Shown here piece after piece: positions 44,904 to 54,793 of a stretch of 64,000 nt of DNA. Under the pieces are notes generated by a model that did not search any database, had not been told where the DNA came from, and saw only the letters and a program-made list of their open reading frames with translations. Each line of letters starts with the position of its first letter. Positions within the stretch are counted from its first letter, which is position 1. The translations under genes were made by a program, and so were the position numbers. This stretch comes from Acidimicrobiia bacterium (lineage in GTDB: Bacteria > Actinomycetota > Acidimicrobiia > Spongiisociales > UBA11373): contig JBBDWO010000007.1 in the NCBI GenBank assembly GCA_040902765.1, positions 20,113-84,112 of the forward strand, read 5' to 3'.

Positions 44904-46325
44904 ATGTTGGAATATGACGTCGTCGTGATCGGCGCCGGTCCGGTTGGCGAGAACGCCGCCGCGGCTGCGGCACGAGAAGGTCTGAGAACCGTCATCGTCG
45001 AGCGTGACCTCGTCGGCGGGGAGTGCTCGTACTGGGCGTGCATGCCGTCCAAGGCACTGTTGCGCCCCGGCGAGGCGGTTGCCGCGGCGCGGCGGGTTCC
45101 CGGGGCCGCGGAGGCGGTCGCCGGATCCATCGATGTCGACGCTGCCCTTTCAAGGCGCGACTCCCTGGCGTCGGATTGGGACGATTCGGGGCAGGTTCGG
45201 TGGCTGGAGGGCGAGGGTATCGATCTCGTGCGCGGCCACGGGCGAATCGCCGGGGAGCGGGCCGTCGAAGTGGAGCACACAGACGGGTCGTCGACCTCGT
45301 TGCGGGCAGGACGAGCCGTGGTGGTCGCCACCGGCACCGGCGCTTCGTTCCCGCCGATCCCCGGCCTGGATCAGATCAGCACATGGGACAACCGCGATGC
45401 CACCACGGCCAAGGACGTGCCCCGACGCCTCGCCATCCTCGGCGGGGGTGCCGTAGGAGTGGAACTCGGACAGGCATGGCGGGCGCTCGGTGCCGAGGAG
45501 GTCACCATCATCGAACTCTTCGACCATCTCCTCAGCCGTGAAGAACCGTTCGCTGGCAAGGAACTCGCCGAGTCATTGCGAGGCATGGGCATTCGTGTGC
45601 TGGTGGGCGCCAAGACGTCACGGGTCGATCGTCAGGGCGGCGACGGTCCGGTCGTACTAACCGTCGAGGTGGATGGCGAGGTCGAAACGATCACCGCCGA
45701 CGAACTCCTGGTGGCTACCGGCCGTCGCGCGTTGACCGAGGACCTTGGACTGGAGACGATCGGGCTCGATCCCGGCGGCTTCTTGGAAGTAGCCGACGAC
45801 TTGCGGGTCAAGGCGGTGCCAGACGGTTGGCTGTACGCCGTCGGCGACGTAAACGGCCGGAGCCTGCTCACTCATACCGGCAAGTATCAGGGGAGGCTCG
45901 TCGGTCAAGTGATCGCTGGCCATCAGGTGACGGCCTGGGCGGATACGGCGACACAGCCACGGGTCGTCTTCACCGATCCCCAGGTGGCCGCGGTCGGACT
46001 CCTCGAACAGCAGGCGCGAGACCAAGGACTCGATGTCCGGGTGGTCCGCTACGACATCGGCAAGACTGCCGGGGCCGGTGTACTGGGGCGCGGATACCAC
46101 GGCACGTGCCAGTTGCTGATCGACGCAGCCCGCGACCTGATCGTGGGAGCCACCTTCGTGGGTCCGCACGTGGGGGAGATGATCCATGCCGCGACCGTCG
46201 CCATCGTCGGTGAGGTGCCGTTGTCTCGGCTATGGCATGCCGTGCCATCCTTCCCTACGCTCAGCGAGGTCTGGCTCAGACTGTTGGAGACCTATCGGGA
46301 CGAGTATGGAGAGGAGTACCGCTGA
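44904..46325 (+). CDS. FAD-dependent pyridine nucleotide-disulfide oxidoreductase (class I, lipoamide dehydrogenase/mycothione reductase-like)
   Basis: The ATG at 44904 follows AAGGAG. VVVIGAGPVGE FAD fold, redox disulfide GGECSYWACMPSK, and a second Rossmann fold LGGGAVGVE. There is no C-terminal Cys pair, so it is not MerA. Confidence 0.85.
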   Translation: MLEYDVVVIGAGPVGENAAAAAAREGLRTVIVERDLVGGECSYWACMPSKALLRPGEAVAAARRVPGAAEAVAGSIDVDAALSRRDSLASDWDDSGQVRWLEGEGIDLVRGHGRIAGERAVEVEHTDGSSTSLRAGRAVVVATGTGASFPPIPGLDQISTWDNRDATTAKDVPRRLAILGGGAVGVELGQAWRALGAEEVTIIELFDHLLSREEPFAGKELAESLRGMGIRVLVGAKTSRVDRQGGDGPVVLTVEVDGEVETITADELLVATGRRALTEDLGLETIGLDPGGFLEVADDLRVKAVPDGWLYAVGDVNGRSLLTHTGKYQGRLVGQVIAGHQVTAWADTATQPRVVFTDPQVAAVGLLEQQARDQGLDVRVVRYDIGKTAGAGVLGRGYHGTCQLLIDAARDLIVGATFVGPHVGEMIHAATVAIVGEVPLSRLWHAVPSFPTLSEVWLRLLETYRDEYGEEYR

Positions 46326-46452
46326 CGCTGATGCACCCCGCTGAGGTTGCACTGGCGCGCTAGGTGCGGTCGGCGCTCATGCGGCACGTGCTTCCCTACG
46401 ACATGGCTGCCGCGGCGGTAGCGCTGGCGTTCCTCTTTGCCGGCGCGCGTCG

Positions 46453-47244
46453 TCAAGCCACCGTACAGCCGAGCGCCCAGTCGTAGGGAAGGAACTCGAC
46501 GCGGGGACGCGTAGCGACGACCCAGGCGGCAACCTCGGCTTCCAGCCATGGGATCAGGGCCAGGGCCACCGCCCTGGGGCGGGCGGGAAGCATCGTGGGC
46601 ATCTTCGACGGTCGTGTGAAGTCGCCACCGAACCAACGGAAGATGCGTGACAGGCGGAGCACACCGGAATCGGGATCGGCGCTGGCGCCGCCCTCACGGA
46701 GAAAGCGCTGCATCTGGTCGTCGAGTTGATGGTTGAGTGCTGGCCCCGCATAGGGTTCGGAGCGCAGCGTCGGACATGACACCGCGCCGCACATGAGCGC
46801 AGCATGGACGCGGGGGTCACTGAATCGACGAATCTTGGCGTGCTCGATCGCGTCGAGGGACAGCGTCTCGTCGGAGATGGTGAGGACGGGGCGCTGAAAC
46901 CCACCGGGGACCCGTAACACCGAGGTCGTATCGCTTCGACCCGCTTCGACCGCAAGACCGATGGCGGCCGCGTTGTAGAGGTTGATCCAAAAGGCGAGGG
47001 CGCCGTCTTTGCCGAGTCGGTCTGGCTCGACCTCGGTGGCGTGCTGAATGAAGGCGGCGACGGACCCTGGATCCACGGCCCGGATCCCGCGTTCGGCGAT
47101 CGTGGCGAGGATCGGTCCTAGCGCTGCTTGATCGACGTGCCCTGACCCGGAAGGTCGGGGAGCACGGACGCTGCGAAGTGACTGGCCGATCGACCAGAGG
47201 ACCGCGAGGGGGTTGGGCGATGGCGATTGGGTCACCCCATGCAC
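46453..47244 (-). CDS. DUF547 domain protein
   Basis: 263 aa. DUF547 hallmark AFWINLYNAA, then HAALMCGAVSCP. Confidence 0.75.
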   Translation of the reverse strand: MHGVTQSPSPNPLAVLWSIGQSLRSVRAPRPSGSGHVDQAALGPILATIAERGIRAVDPGSVAAFIQHATEVEPDRLGKDGALAFWINLYNAAAIGLAVEAGRSDTTSVLRVPGGFQRPVLTISDETLSLDAIEHAKIRRFSDPRVHAALMCGAVSCPTLRSEPYAGPALNHQLDDQMQRFLREGGASADPDSGVLRLSRIFRWFGGDFTRPSKMPTMLPARPRAVALALIPWLEAEVAAWVVATRPRVEFLPYDWALGCTVA

Positions 47245-47284
47245 AACCGCCGGGCGGTGTCGGCTGTTCCCGTTGTGTGAACCG

Positions 47285-48042
47285 TCAGGCTGGAGCGGGC
47301 CGGATACGCACGGACACGATCGGGCCCGGACCGAATGGATCGGATACCTCTAGGCCCACGGATCGGTAGGCCGAAGCTGGCACCGAGATGTCGGCCAAGT
47401 AGATGTCCCCGGTAATGGCCGCTGGCGCAGCCATCAGCCCGGTCTTCGGGAGTCCAAGCGTCACCGTCACCTCGGCGTGGATGCACGGACTCCTTGCTTC
47501 GCCGGTCGTAGCGTCAGGCCGCTGGGGATGTCGACCGAGATGATCGGACTGGCGGCGCTGTTGGCCCACTCGATGAGATCGGCTGCTCGTTGGCGGGGGT
47601 CGCCCGATAGGGAGTATCCGATGATCCCATCGATGATCACGTCGCCCGGTGTCGGTGCGTCCTCAATGGGTATGCCGAGCCGGTTTGCGATCGTCAACTG
47701 CAAGGTGGGGACGGGTCCCATTCGATCTGCGGAGGTTGCCGTCACGGCAACGCCAACTCCCCTGTTGACCAGGTGTCGCGCCGCCACCAGTGCGCCACCG
47801 CCGTTGCCCCCGGTTCCCGCCAGGACGGTGACTCGTTGGGGGTTCCACAGCGTCATGGCGAGGCGTGCGACGGCAGCACCGGCATGCTCCATCATCATCG
47901 GCAACGCGACGCCGAGGTCCTCGATCATCCGCCGGTCGATGTCGGCCATCTGGGCAGCGGTCACCGCGGGGAGGCCGGCCGAGGCGGGTGGAGGCAGCAT
48001 CGACATCGTCCGTAAGTGTCGCATGGATGGGACGACCCTCAT
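47285..48042 (-). pseudogene. nnrE: NAD(P)H-hydrate epimerase (YjeF N-terminal domain), interrupted by a -1 frameshift
   Basis: ORF 47467..48387 carries LAGTGGNGGGALVAARHL and VDIPSGL and then stops. The expected continuation, DATTGE...VTVTLGLPKTGL, is in ORF 47285..47569. One G appears to be missing in GGCCTG(G)ACGCT near 47514-47518. Confidence 0.65.
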
Positions 48043-48044
48043 GC

Positions 48045-48075
48045 TTGACCTTCGAGTGACTCGAAGGTGTACGGT
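48045..48075 (+). promoter_or_regulatory. MerR-type promoter/operator with a 19-bp spacer
   Basis: TTGACC (48045-48050), a 19-nt spacer, then TACGGT (48070-48075). The spacer holds the perfect inverted repeat ACCTTCGAG-TGA-CTCGAAGGT (48048-48068). The merR-like ATG lies 7 nt downstream of the -10, so the transcript would be leaderless or nearly so. Confidence 0.65.
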
Positions 48076-48081
48076 CCGCTG

Positions 48082-48477
48082 ATGCGGATAGGAGCGTTGG
48101 CCCGCGTTACCGGTCTCGATCGGTCGACGATGAGGTTCTATGAGCAAGTCGGTGTATTCCCGTCGCCGCCGCGTCTCGACAACGGCTATCGCGACTATGA
48201 CGAGCGCCTGGTGGAACTCGGACGATTCGTACGGGCGGCCCGCTCGCTGGGATTCACGCTCCACGACATCCGGGAAGTCGTACGGCTGCGGGAGTCGGGT
48301 ACCGCGCCGTGCGCGCAAGTGCGCCGGGTCATCGACGCCCGCATCGCCGGTGTCGGGCAGCAGATCGCGGACCTGCTGCGAGCCCATGAGGAGCTCATAG
48401 CGCTACGCGACGAAGCGGCGTCGTTGGACGATCGGTGGGAGGAGGCATCGTGCGTTTGCCATCTGGTGACCGGGTGA
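48082..48477 (+). CDS. MerR family metal-responsive transcriptional regulator
   Basis: 131 aa from the ATG at 48082. N-terminal HTH (MRIGALARVTGLDRSTMRFYEQ). Cys77 plus a C-terminal CVC (Cys124/126) give the three-Cys pattern of heavy-metal MerR/ZntR/CadR-type sensors. Confidence 0.8.
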   Translation: MRIGALARVTGLDRSTMRFYEQVGVFPSPPRLDNGYRDYDERLVELGRFVRAARSLGFTLHDIREVVRLRESGTAPCAQVRRVIDARIAGVGQQIADLLRAHEELIALRDEAASLDDRWEEASCVCHLVTG

Positions 48478-48767
48478 CCATTGAGGTCCGGTACTTCGAT
48501 TCGTGCCCCAACTGGAAGCGGACGCGCCGCCTGATCGAGGGGATCACTGGTGAAGCACCTCGGCTGCTTCTGGTGGAGACACTCCAGCAAGCCGAGGAGC
48601 TCGACTTTGCCGGATCCCCGACCGTGTTGGTCAACGGGGTCGATCCGTGGTCGGACCAAGCGGCTGCTGCTTCGATGTCGTGTCGCATCTATCGAACGCC
48701 TGACGGTTCGCTCGTCGGCGGACCCACCGAGGCGATGCTCCGCGATGCCCTGAAACCCGACGCCTGA
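48435..48767 (+). CDS. small thioredoxin-fold protein (single-Cys SCPNW motif)
   Basis: 110-aa ORF overlapping the merR-like 3' end. YFDSCPNW and GSPTVLVNG resemble glutaredoxin/thioredoxin-like proteins found in actinobacterial metal-resistance loci. The start is uncertain (48435 or GTG 48450). Confidence 0.5.
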   Translation: MGGGIVRLPSGDRVTIEVRYFDSCPNWKRTRRLIEGITGEAPRLLLVETLQQAEELDFAGSPTVLVNGVDPWSDQAAAASMSCRIYRTPDGSLVGGPTEAMLRDALKPDA

Positions 48768-48788
48768 CGGTCGCGTATCCTCGGACCC

Positions 48789-49469
48789 GTGATCGAGCCG
48801 CAGTTCATTCCGTACCGCCCGACGCGGCCGCCGATCGAGGAGGTTGCGGCTCGAGCGCACGACCTGTACCAGGCTCTAGATACGCGCCGCAGCGTTCGCA
48901 TGTTCTCCCCGGACCCGGTGCCGCGGGCGATCATCGAAGATGTCGTTCGCGCCGCGTCCACGGCTCCGTCGGGGGCACATCGCCAGCCATGGCGGTTCGT
49001 GATCGTCGGTGATCCTGGTACCAAGCGTAAGATCCGCGCCGCCGCTGAGGCCGAGGAGGCCGAGAACTATGGCGGAAGGCTGCCCGAGGATTGGCTGGAG
49101 GCGCTGGCCCCACTCGGTACCGACGAACACAAGCCGTATCTGGAGATCGCACCGTGGATCGTCGTTCTGTTCGAGGAGCGCTACGGCATCAACCCTGATG
49201 GCTCTCACCGAAAGAACTTCTACGTGAAGGAGAGCGTTGGGATCGCCGCCGGGATGTTCGTGGCAGCCGTTCACCTGTCGGGCCTGGCGACCCTACCTCA
49301 CACCCCGAGTCCGATGGCGTTCCTGTCGAAGACGCTGGAGCGGCCCGAGAACGAGCGACCATTTGCGCTCTTTCCCGTCGGGTATCCGGCCGACGATTGT
49401 GTGGTACCCGACCTCGTTCGTAAACCTCTCGCAGAGGTGGCGGTCGAGTTCCCGCCTCCTGTGGGGTAG
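48789..49469 (+). CDS. nitroreductase family protein (iodotyrosine deiodinase/BluB-like subgroup)
   Basis: 226 aa with a GTG start. RRSVRMF, APSGAHRQPWRF and the C-terminal LPHTPSP block. Confidence 0.85.
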   Translation: MIEPQFIPYRPTRPPIEEVAARAHDLYQALDTRRSVRMFSPDPVPRAIIEDVVRAASTAPSGAHRQPWRFVIVGDPGTKRKIRAAAEAEEAENYGGRLPEDWLEALAPLGTDEHKPYLEIAPWIVVLFEERYGINPDGSHRKNFYVKESVGIAAGMFVAAVHLSGLATLPHTPSPMAFLSKTLERPENERPFALFPVGYPADDCVVPDLVRKPLAEVAVEFPPPVG

Positions 49470-49571
49470 GGCGTCACCGCGCGAGAGAGTGTCGGCCGCA
49501 CGACATTGCGTCGCCCGCCGATGGGTCCAGGGCGTTGAGATGGGTATGACTACACCAGCGAGGAGAAACCG

Positions 49572-49988
49572 ATGTCGTACCTGATACCGATCAGCGAACA
49601 GCCCGGCTCTGTCGACGCCATGTCGCATGCCCGGCGCTTCGATAGGCTGTTTAGGGTGGCCGCGGTCGCCAACGCCATGCTCGAGGAGGTGCGCGACGCC
49701 CCGTGTGACCCACCGGGCTGCGGGCGCCTGCGCGACTCCTATCTGCGCACCGTGGACGAACTGCGCGATGTGCTCGGCGGAGACCTCAGGGATGAGCTGG
49801 GCCGCCGGGTTGTCGCATTCGGACGAGGGGCCCCCACCCCCTCTGAGCTGCGAGTAGCGCACGCCGAGCTTGTGGGGTGGCTGGACGGCCTCCTCGGGGG
49901 TCTTGCCGCCGCTGTCGACACCATTGAGGCACCGTCGGTGCGGGACGAAGAGGACCGCGCCGACATCATGCCAGGGCAATACCTGTGA
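49572..49988 (+). CDS. bpa: bacterial proteasome activator Bpa/PafE
   Basis: 138 aa. It aligns by eye to M. tuberculosis Rv3780 (LEEVR.AP.D, RLRD, ELR.A.A.LVGWL.GL) and ends with the proteasome-docking GQYL motif. Confidence 0.85.
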   Translation: MSYLIPISEQPGSVDAMSHARRFDRLFRVAAVANAMLEEVRDAPCDPPGCGRLRDSYLRTVDELRDVLGGDLRDELGRRVVAFGRGAPTPSELRVAHAELVGWLDGLLGGLAAAVDTIEAPSVRDEEDRADIMPGQYL

Positions 49989-50051
49989 ACACCATCGAAT
50001 ACCGGGTCGGCCCGTCGAGACCGACCGGCCAGTCCTGGGCCGAGGACTGAC

Positions 50052-50672
50052 ATGGACATAGCCGTGAACCTCGTGGAGTCCTATCTCCGGCTCAATGGCT
50101 ATCTGACGCTGACCGAGGTCGAGGTTCAGCATCCTGGAGCGAGCGGCCTTTACGAGTCGATCACCGACATCGACGTGGTGGCAATCAGGTTCCCCGGGGA
50201 CATGTTCGCTGCCGACCTGCATGGTGAGGCGGACAGTCGGATGCTTCTCATCGAGGACGATGGACTGTATCTCGGACCAGAGATGGTCGACGTGATCATC
50301 GGCGAGGTCAAGGAGGGACCCGCTCGGCTCAACGCTGCGGTTCGGCGGCACGAGGTTCTTCATATGGTTCTTCGCCGCTTGGATTGGATCTACGAGTCGG
50401 GGGTTGATCCAGTCCTCGCCGATCTCCAGCGCCGCGGGTTGTCCGAGGCTATGGGGAGGTCGGGAGCGGTCATCCGTACCCGACTGGTTGCCTTCGGTGC
50501 CGACCCCGGCGAACCCACGCTCCATCTGGTGCCGCTGTCACATGTCTTGGAGCGAATGGTCGAATTCATGGAACGTTTCGACGACGTACTGCGTCCCACC
50601 CAGTTCAAAGAGCCCGCCCCCGCACTACTGCGGCTCCTCGTGAAATGCGGTTTTCGTCTCACGAATCGATAG
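50052..50672 (+). CDS. hypothetical protein with a PD-(D/E)XK nuclease-like motif
   Basis: 206 aa with an ATG start. VESYLRLNGY, then D-I-D-VVAI, then VIIGEVKEG. This is a D...ExK arrangement typical of restriction-endonuclease-fold proteins. Confidence 0.55.
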   Translation: MDIAVNLVESYLRLNGYLTLTEVEVQHPGASGLYESITDIDVVAIRFPGDMFAADLHGEADSRMLLIEDDGLYLGPEMVDVIIGEVKEGPARLNAAVRRHEVLHMVLRRLDWIYESGVDPVLADLQRRGLSEAMGRSGAVIRTRLVAFGADPGEPTLHLVPLSHVLERMVEFMERFDDVLRPTQFKEPAPALLRLLVKCGFRLTNR

Positions 50673-50780
50673 AGAGGGCGCTACGAGGTGCCGCGATCGT
50701 CTACCCGACTGTCGGCGTGCTGACAGATCGGGAGTCGGGGGGAGTGGGGTGTTTCACGGGTGACACTAGAGGAGGTCCCT

Positions 50781-50930
50781 ATGGCCGTTCAGGCCATGCC
50801 CGCACTCGCCGGACTCATTCCTACTGTTGTGATGTCGACGATGATGGCCGTCGCTCGTCGTATCGGTTCCGCCTACTCGAGGTTGAGCGGACAGGCTGGC
50901 GTCTCGACTCGGCCTATGGCGGGCGTGTGA
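50781..50930 (+). CDS. candidate small membrane protein (49 aa), not in the ORF track
   Basis: The ATG is preceded by AGGAGG at a 6-nt spacing. Translation: MAVQAMPALAGLIPTVVMSTMMAVARRIGSAYSRLSGQAGVSTRPMAGV. It has one hydrophobic helix followed by a basic stretch. No homology was recognised. Confidence 0.3.
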   Translation: MAVQAMPALAGLIPTVVMSTMMAVARRIGSAYSRLSGQAGVSTRPMAGV

Positions 50931-51013
50931 ACAGTCTCCCTGACCGCACCGGTGGGCGTACCGGCGTGGAGGCTGCCGTGAGCACTGGACAGGACGCGGC
51001 ATATGAGCCAAGT

Positions 51014-51048
51014 CTTGCTGCTGGCTACTTGCCGCTTCCTACTTCCGC
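51014..51048. repeat. decayed heptamer array (CTTSCYR, 5 units) at the hspR 3' end
   Basis: CTTGCTG CTGGCTA CTTGCCG CTTCCTA CTTCCGC. It has a 7-nt periodicity of CTT and contains the hspR TAG stop. Confidence 0.5.
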
Positions 51049-51407
51049 CTCACATCCGGCAGGTTGCCGCTGGTCGGTGGCACCTCTCCTCGGATCCTCG
51101 CCTCGGCCTCGCCCAGGAGGCGTCTCAAGCGCGTCACCTGATGCTGCAGGCGGTCGGCATCATCGCGGAGTTCGAGGATCATCCGCACACCCTCGAGGTT
51201 GACGCCGGCGGCGGTGAGCTCCTGGATGAGCTGGAGGCGCTCCACGTCCTCCTGTGAGTAGCGACGGGTCCCGCCGGGGGTGCGGTACGGACTGAGGAGG
51301 CCGCGCCGCTCGTAGATCCTGAGGGTCTGTGGGTGCATGCCGACGATCTCTGCAGCCACCGAGATGATGTAGACGGCGTCTCGTTGTCGGTCGGTCATCG
51401 CGCTCAC
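51039..51407 (-). CDS. hspR: heat-shock transcriptional repressor HspR (MerR family)
   Basis: 122 aa. ISVAAEIVGMHPQTLRIYERRGLL.P.R..GG.RRYS signature. It is the last gene of the dnaK operon. The TAG stop sits in a decayed heptamer array. Confidence 0.87.
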   Translation of the reverse strand: MSAMTDRQRDAVYIISVAAEIVGMHPQTLRIYERRGLLSPYRTPGGTRRYSQEDVERLQLIQELTAAGVNLEGVRMILELRDDADRLQHQVTRLRRLLGEAEARIRGEVPPTSGNLPDVRRK

Positions 51408-52303
51408 ACTCCCAGGTGCTGCCGGGGGTCGTCGTCGTCGAGTTCGGCGAGCTTGGCGATCAGATCTCGTTGTTCGTCGGTTGACTTCTCGGGGACGCGC
51501 ACGGTCACCGTCACCAGCAGGTCCCCGGTCGCCGACGGCGTCTTGACGCCCTTGCCAGACACCCTGAACGTGCGACCTGTTTGAGTTCCCGGCGGGATCC
51601 GGAGCGTCACCTTCCCGTCGAGCGTCGGAACGGCGATGTCGGCGCCGAGGGCTGCCTCGGCAAAGGTGATGGGGGCCTCGAGGGTGAGTTGCTTCCCCTT
51701 TCGGCCGAAGATCGGATGCGACCCGACCCGAACGCGCACGAAGAGGTCTCCGGGCTGCCCGCCGCGGGCGCCGGGGTGGCCCTTGCCGCGGACGCGAATC
51801 CGGGCACCGTCATCGACCCCCGCCGGCATTTTCACCTTGACCGTCTTTCCGGCGATGTTGAGCGTCTTGGTGGTGCCGGCGATCGCCTCGTGGAAGGTGA
51901 GATCGATCGCGGCCTCGAGGTCTGCGCCGCCCTGGGGTCCTCGTCGTCCGAACATGTCCCCGAACCCACCGAAGCCTCCGAGCAGATCGCCGAGGTCGCC
52001 GAGGTCCTCCACCCGGATGTACTCGGTGCCACCACCCGGTCCGCCGGCGTAGGCGCCCCGGGCGAATGCCTCCCGGGCCTGGTCGTACTCGGCGCGCACC
52101 TTCGGGTCCGTGAGGACGCCGTAGGCCTCGGTGACATCACGGAAACGCTGCTCGGCCGCCTCATCATCCGGGTTGTTGTCGGGGTGGTACTGCTGGGCGA
52201 GCTTGCGGTACGCCTTCTTGATGTCCCGCTCGGTGGTGGAGCGGTCGACGCCGAGGACCTGGTAGTAGTCCTTCTCGAGCCACTCCCGGCGGATGGCGTT
52301 CAT
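51404..52303 (-). CDS. dnaJ: J-domain co-chaperone DnaJ (short form without the zinc-finger domain)
   Basis: 299 aa. J domain DYYQVLGV..AYRKLAQQYHPD, a G-rich linker and C-terminal beta domains. No CxxCxGxG repeats. Confidence 0.85.
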   Translation of the reverse strand: MNAIRREWLEKDYYQVLGVDRSTTERDIKKAYRKLAQQYHPDNNPDDEAAEQRFRDVTEAYGVLTDPKVRAEYDQAREAFARGAYAGGPGGGTEYIRVEDLGDLGDLLGGFGGFGDMFGRRGPQGGADLEAAIDLTFHEAIAGTTKTLNIAGKTVKVKMPAGVDDGARIRVRGKGHPGARGGQPGDLFVRVRVGSHPIFGRKGKQLTLEAPITFAEAALGADIAVPTLDGKVTLRIPPGTQTGRTFRVSGKGVKTPSATGDLLVTVTVRVPEKSTDEQRDLIAKLAELDDDDPRQHLGV

Positions 52304-52853
52304 GACCCGGTGCCCAAGTCCTCCGACGCCACACCGACCATCGCCGGCCTGAGCAGGCGGTCACCGACGCGGTAGCCGCGACGCATCACCGAGGTGACGA
52401 TCAGACGACCGTCGCCGCCGCCACTGACCGCTTCGTGGATGGCCGGGTCGAAGTCGTCACCGTCGGAGACGTCGATCGGATGGACGCCCTCGGAGGCGAG
52501 CATGCTGATCAGTTGCTCTTTCGTCGATGTGAGGCCCGAGCGGAACCGTTCCTCACCGGAAGTCTCCGGGTGGCTGGCGGCGGCGGCATCCAGCGAGTCG
52601 AGGACGGGCAGCAGCGCCTCGGAGACGCGTCGTGCCGCCGAGGCGACCACTCCCTCGCGGGCCCGCTCCGAGCGTTTGCGGTAGTTCTCGTAGTCGGCGG
52701 CGACTCGCTGCAGATCCACCAGGTGGGAGGCCGCCTCGCTGCGTGCCTCGAGCAGGTGCTCGGCGAGGACCTCCAACGCCTCCGCCGGGTCGTCGGGCAG
52801 GTCCAGGTCGAGCGCGTCGAGCGCCCGGTCCTCGGTCACGTCGGGGAGGTCGG

Positions 52854-52857
<4 letters not shown>
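52300..52857 (-). CDS. grpE: nucleotide exchange factor GrpE
   Basis: 185 aa. [12 protein letters not shown] signature, FDP..HEA, and a position between dnaK and dnaJ. Confidence 0.9.
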
Positions 52858-54686
<1,829 letters not shown>

Positions 54687-54753
54687 GAATGCGCTCCTTC
54701 TCGTCGGGAGGCGATCTGAGGATCCTCCGCGATCAAGTTCTTAGTCAGTACGG

Positions 54754-54783
54754 AGAGTAGAACCTGAGTGGGGCTATATCAAT
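54754..54783 (-). promoter_or_regulatory. candidate dnaK promoter overlapped by a degenerate HAIR-like (HspR operator) repeat
   Basis: On the minus strand: TTGATA (54782-54777), 17 nt, then TACTCT (54759-54754). On the plus strand, 54763-54783 reads CCTGAGT-N7-TATCAAT, which matches the HAIR consensus CTTGAGT-N7-ACTCAAG at 10/14 positions. Confidence 0.35.
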
Positions 54784-54793
54784 TCCCAAGAGT

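Noticed and set aside
44904-46325. The possibility that the flavoprotein disulfide reductase is mercuric reductase MerA, given the MerR-type regulator 2 kb away.
   Set aside because: It has no N-terminal HMA (GMTCxxC) domain and no C-terminal Cys-Cys pair. The active site is CSYWAC rather than the CVNVGC type, and it is not in the MerR-controlled transcription unit.
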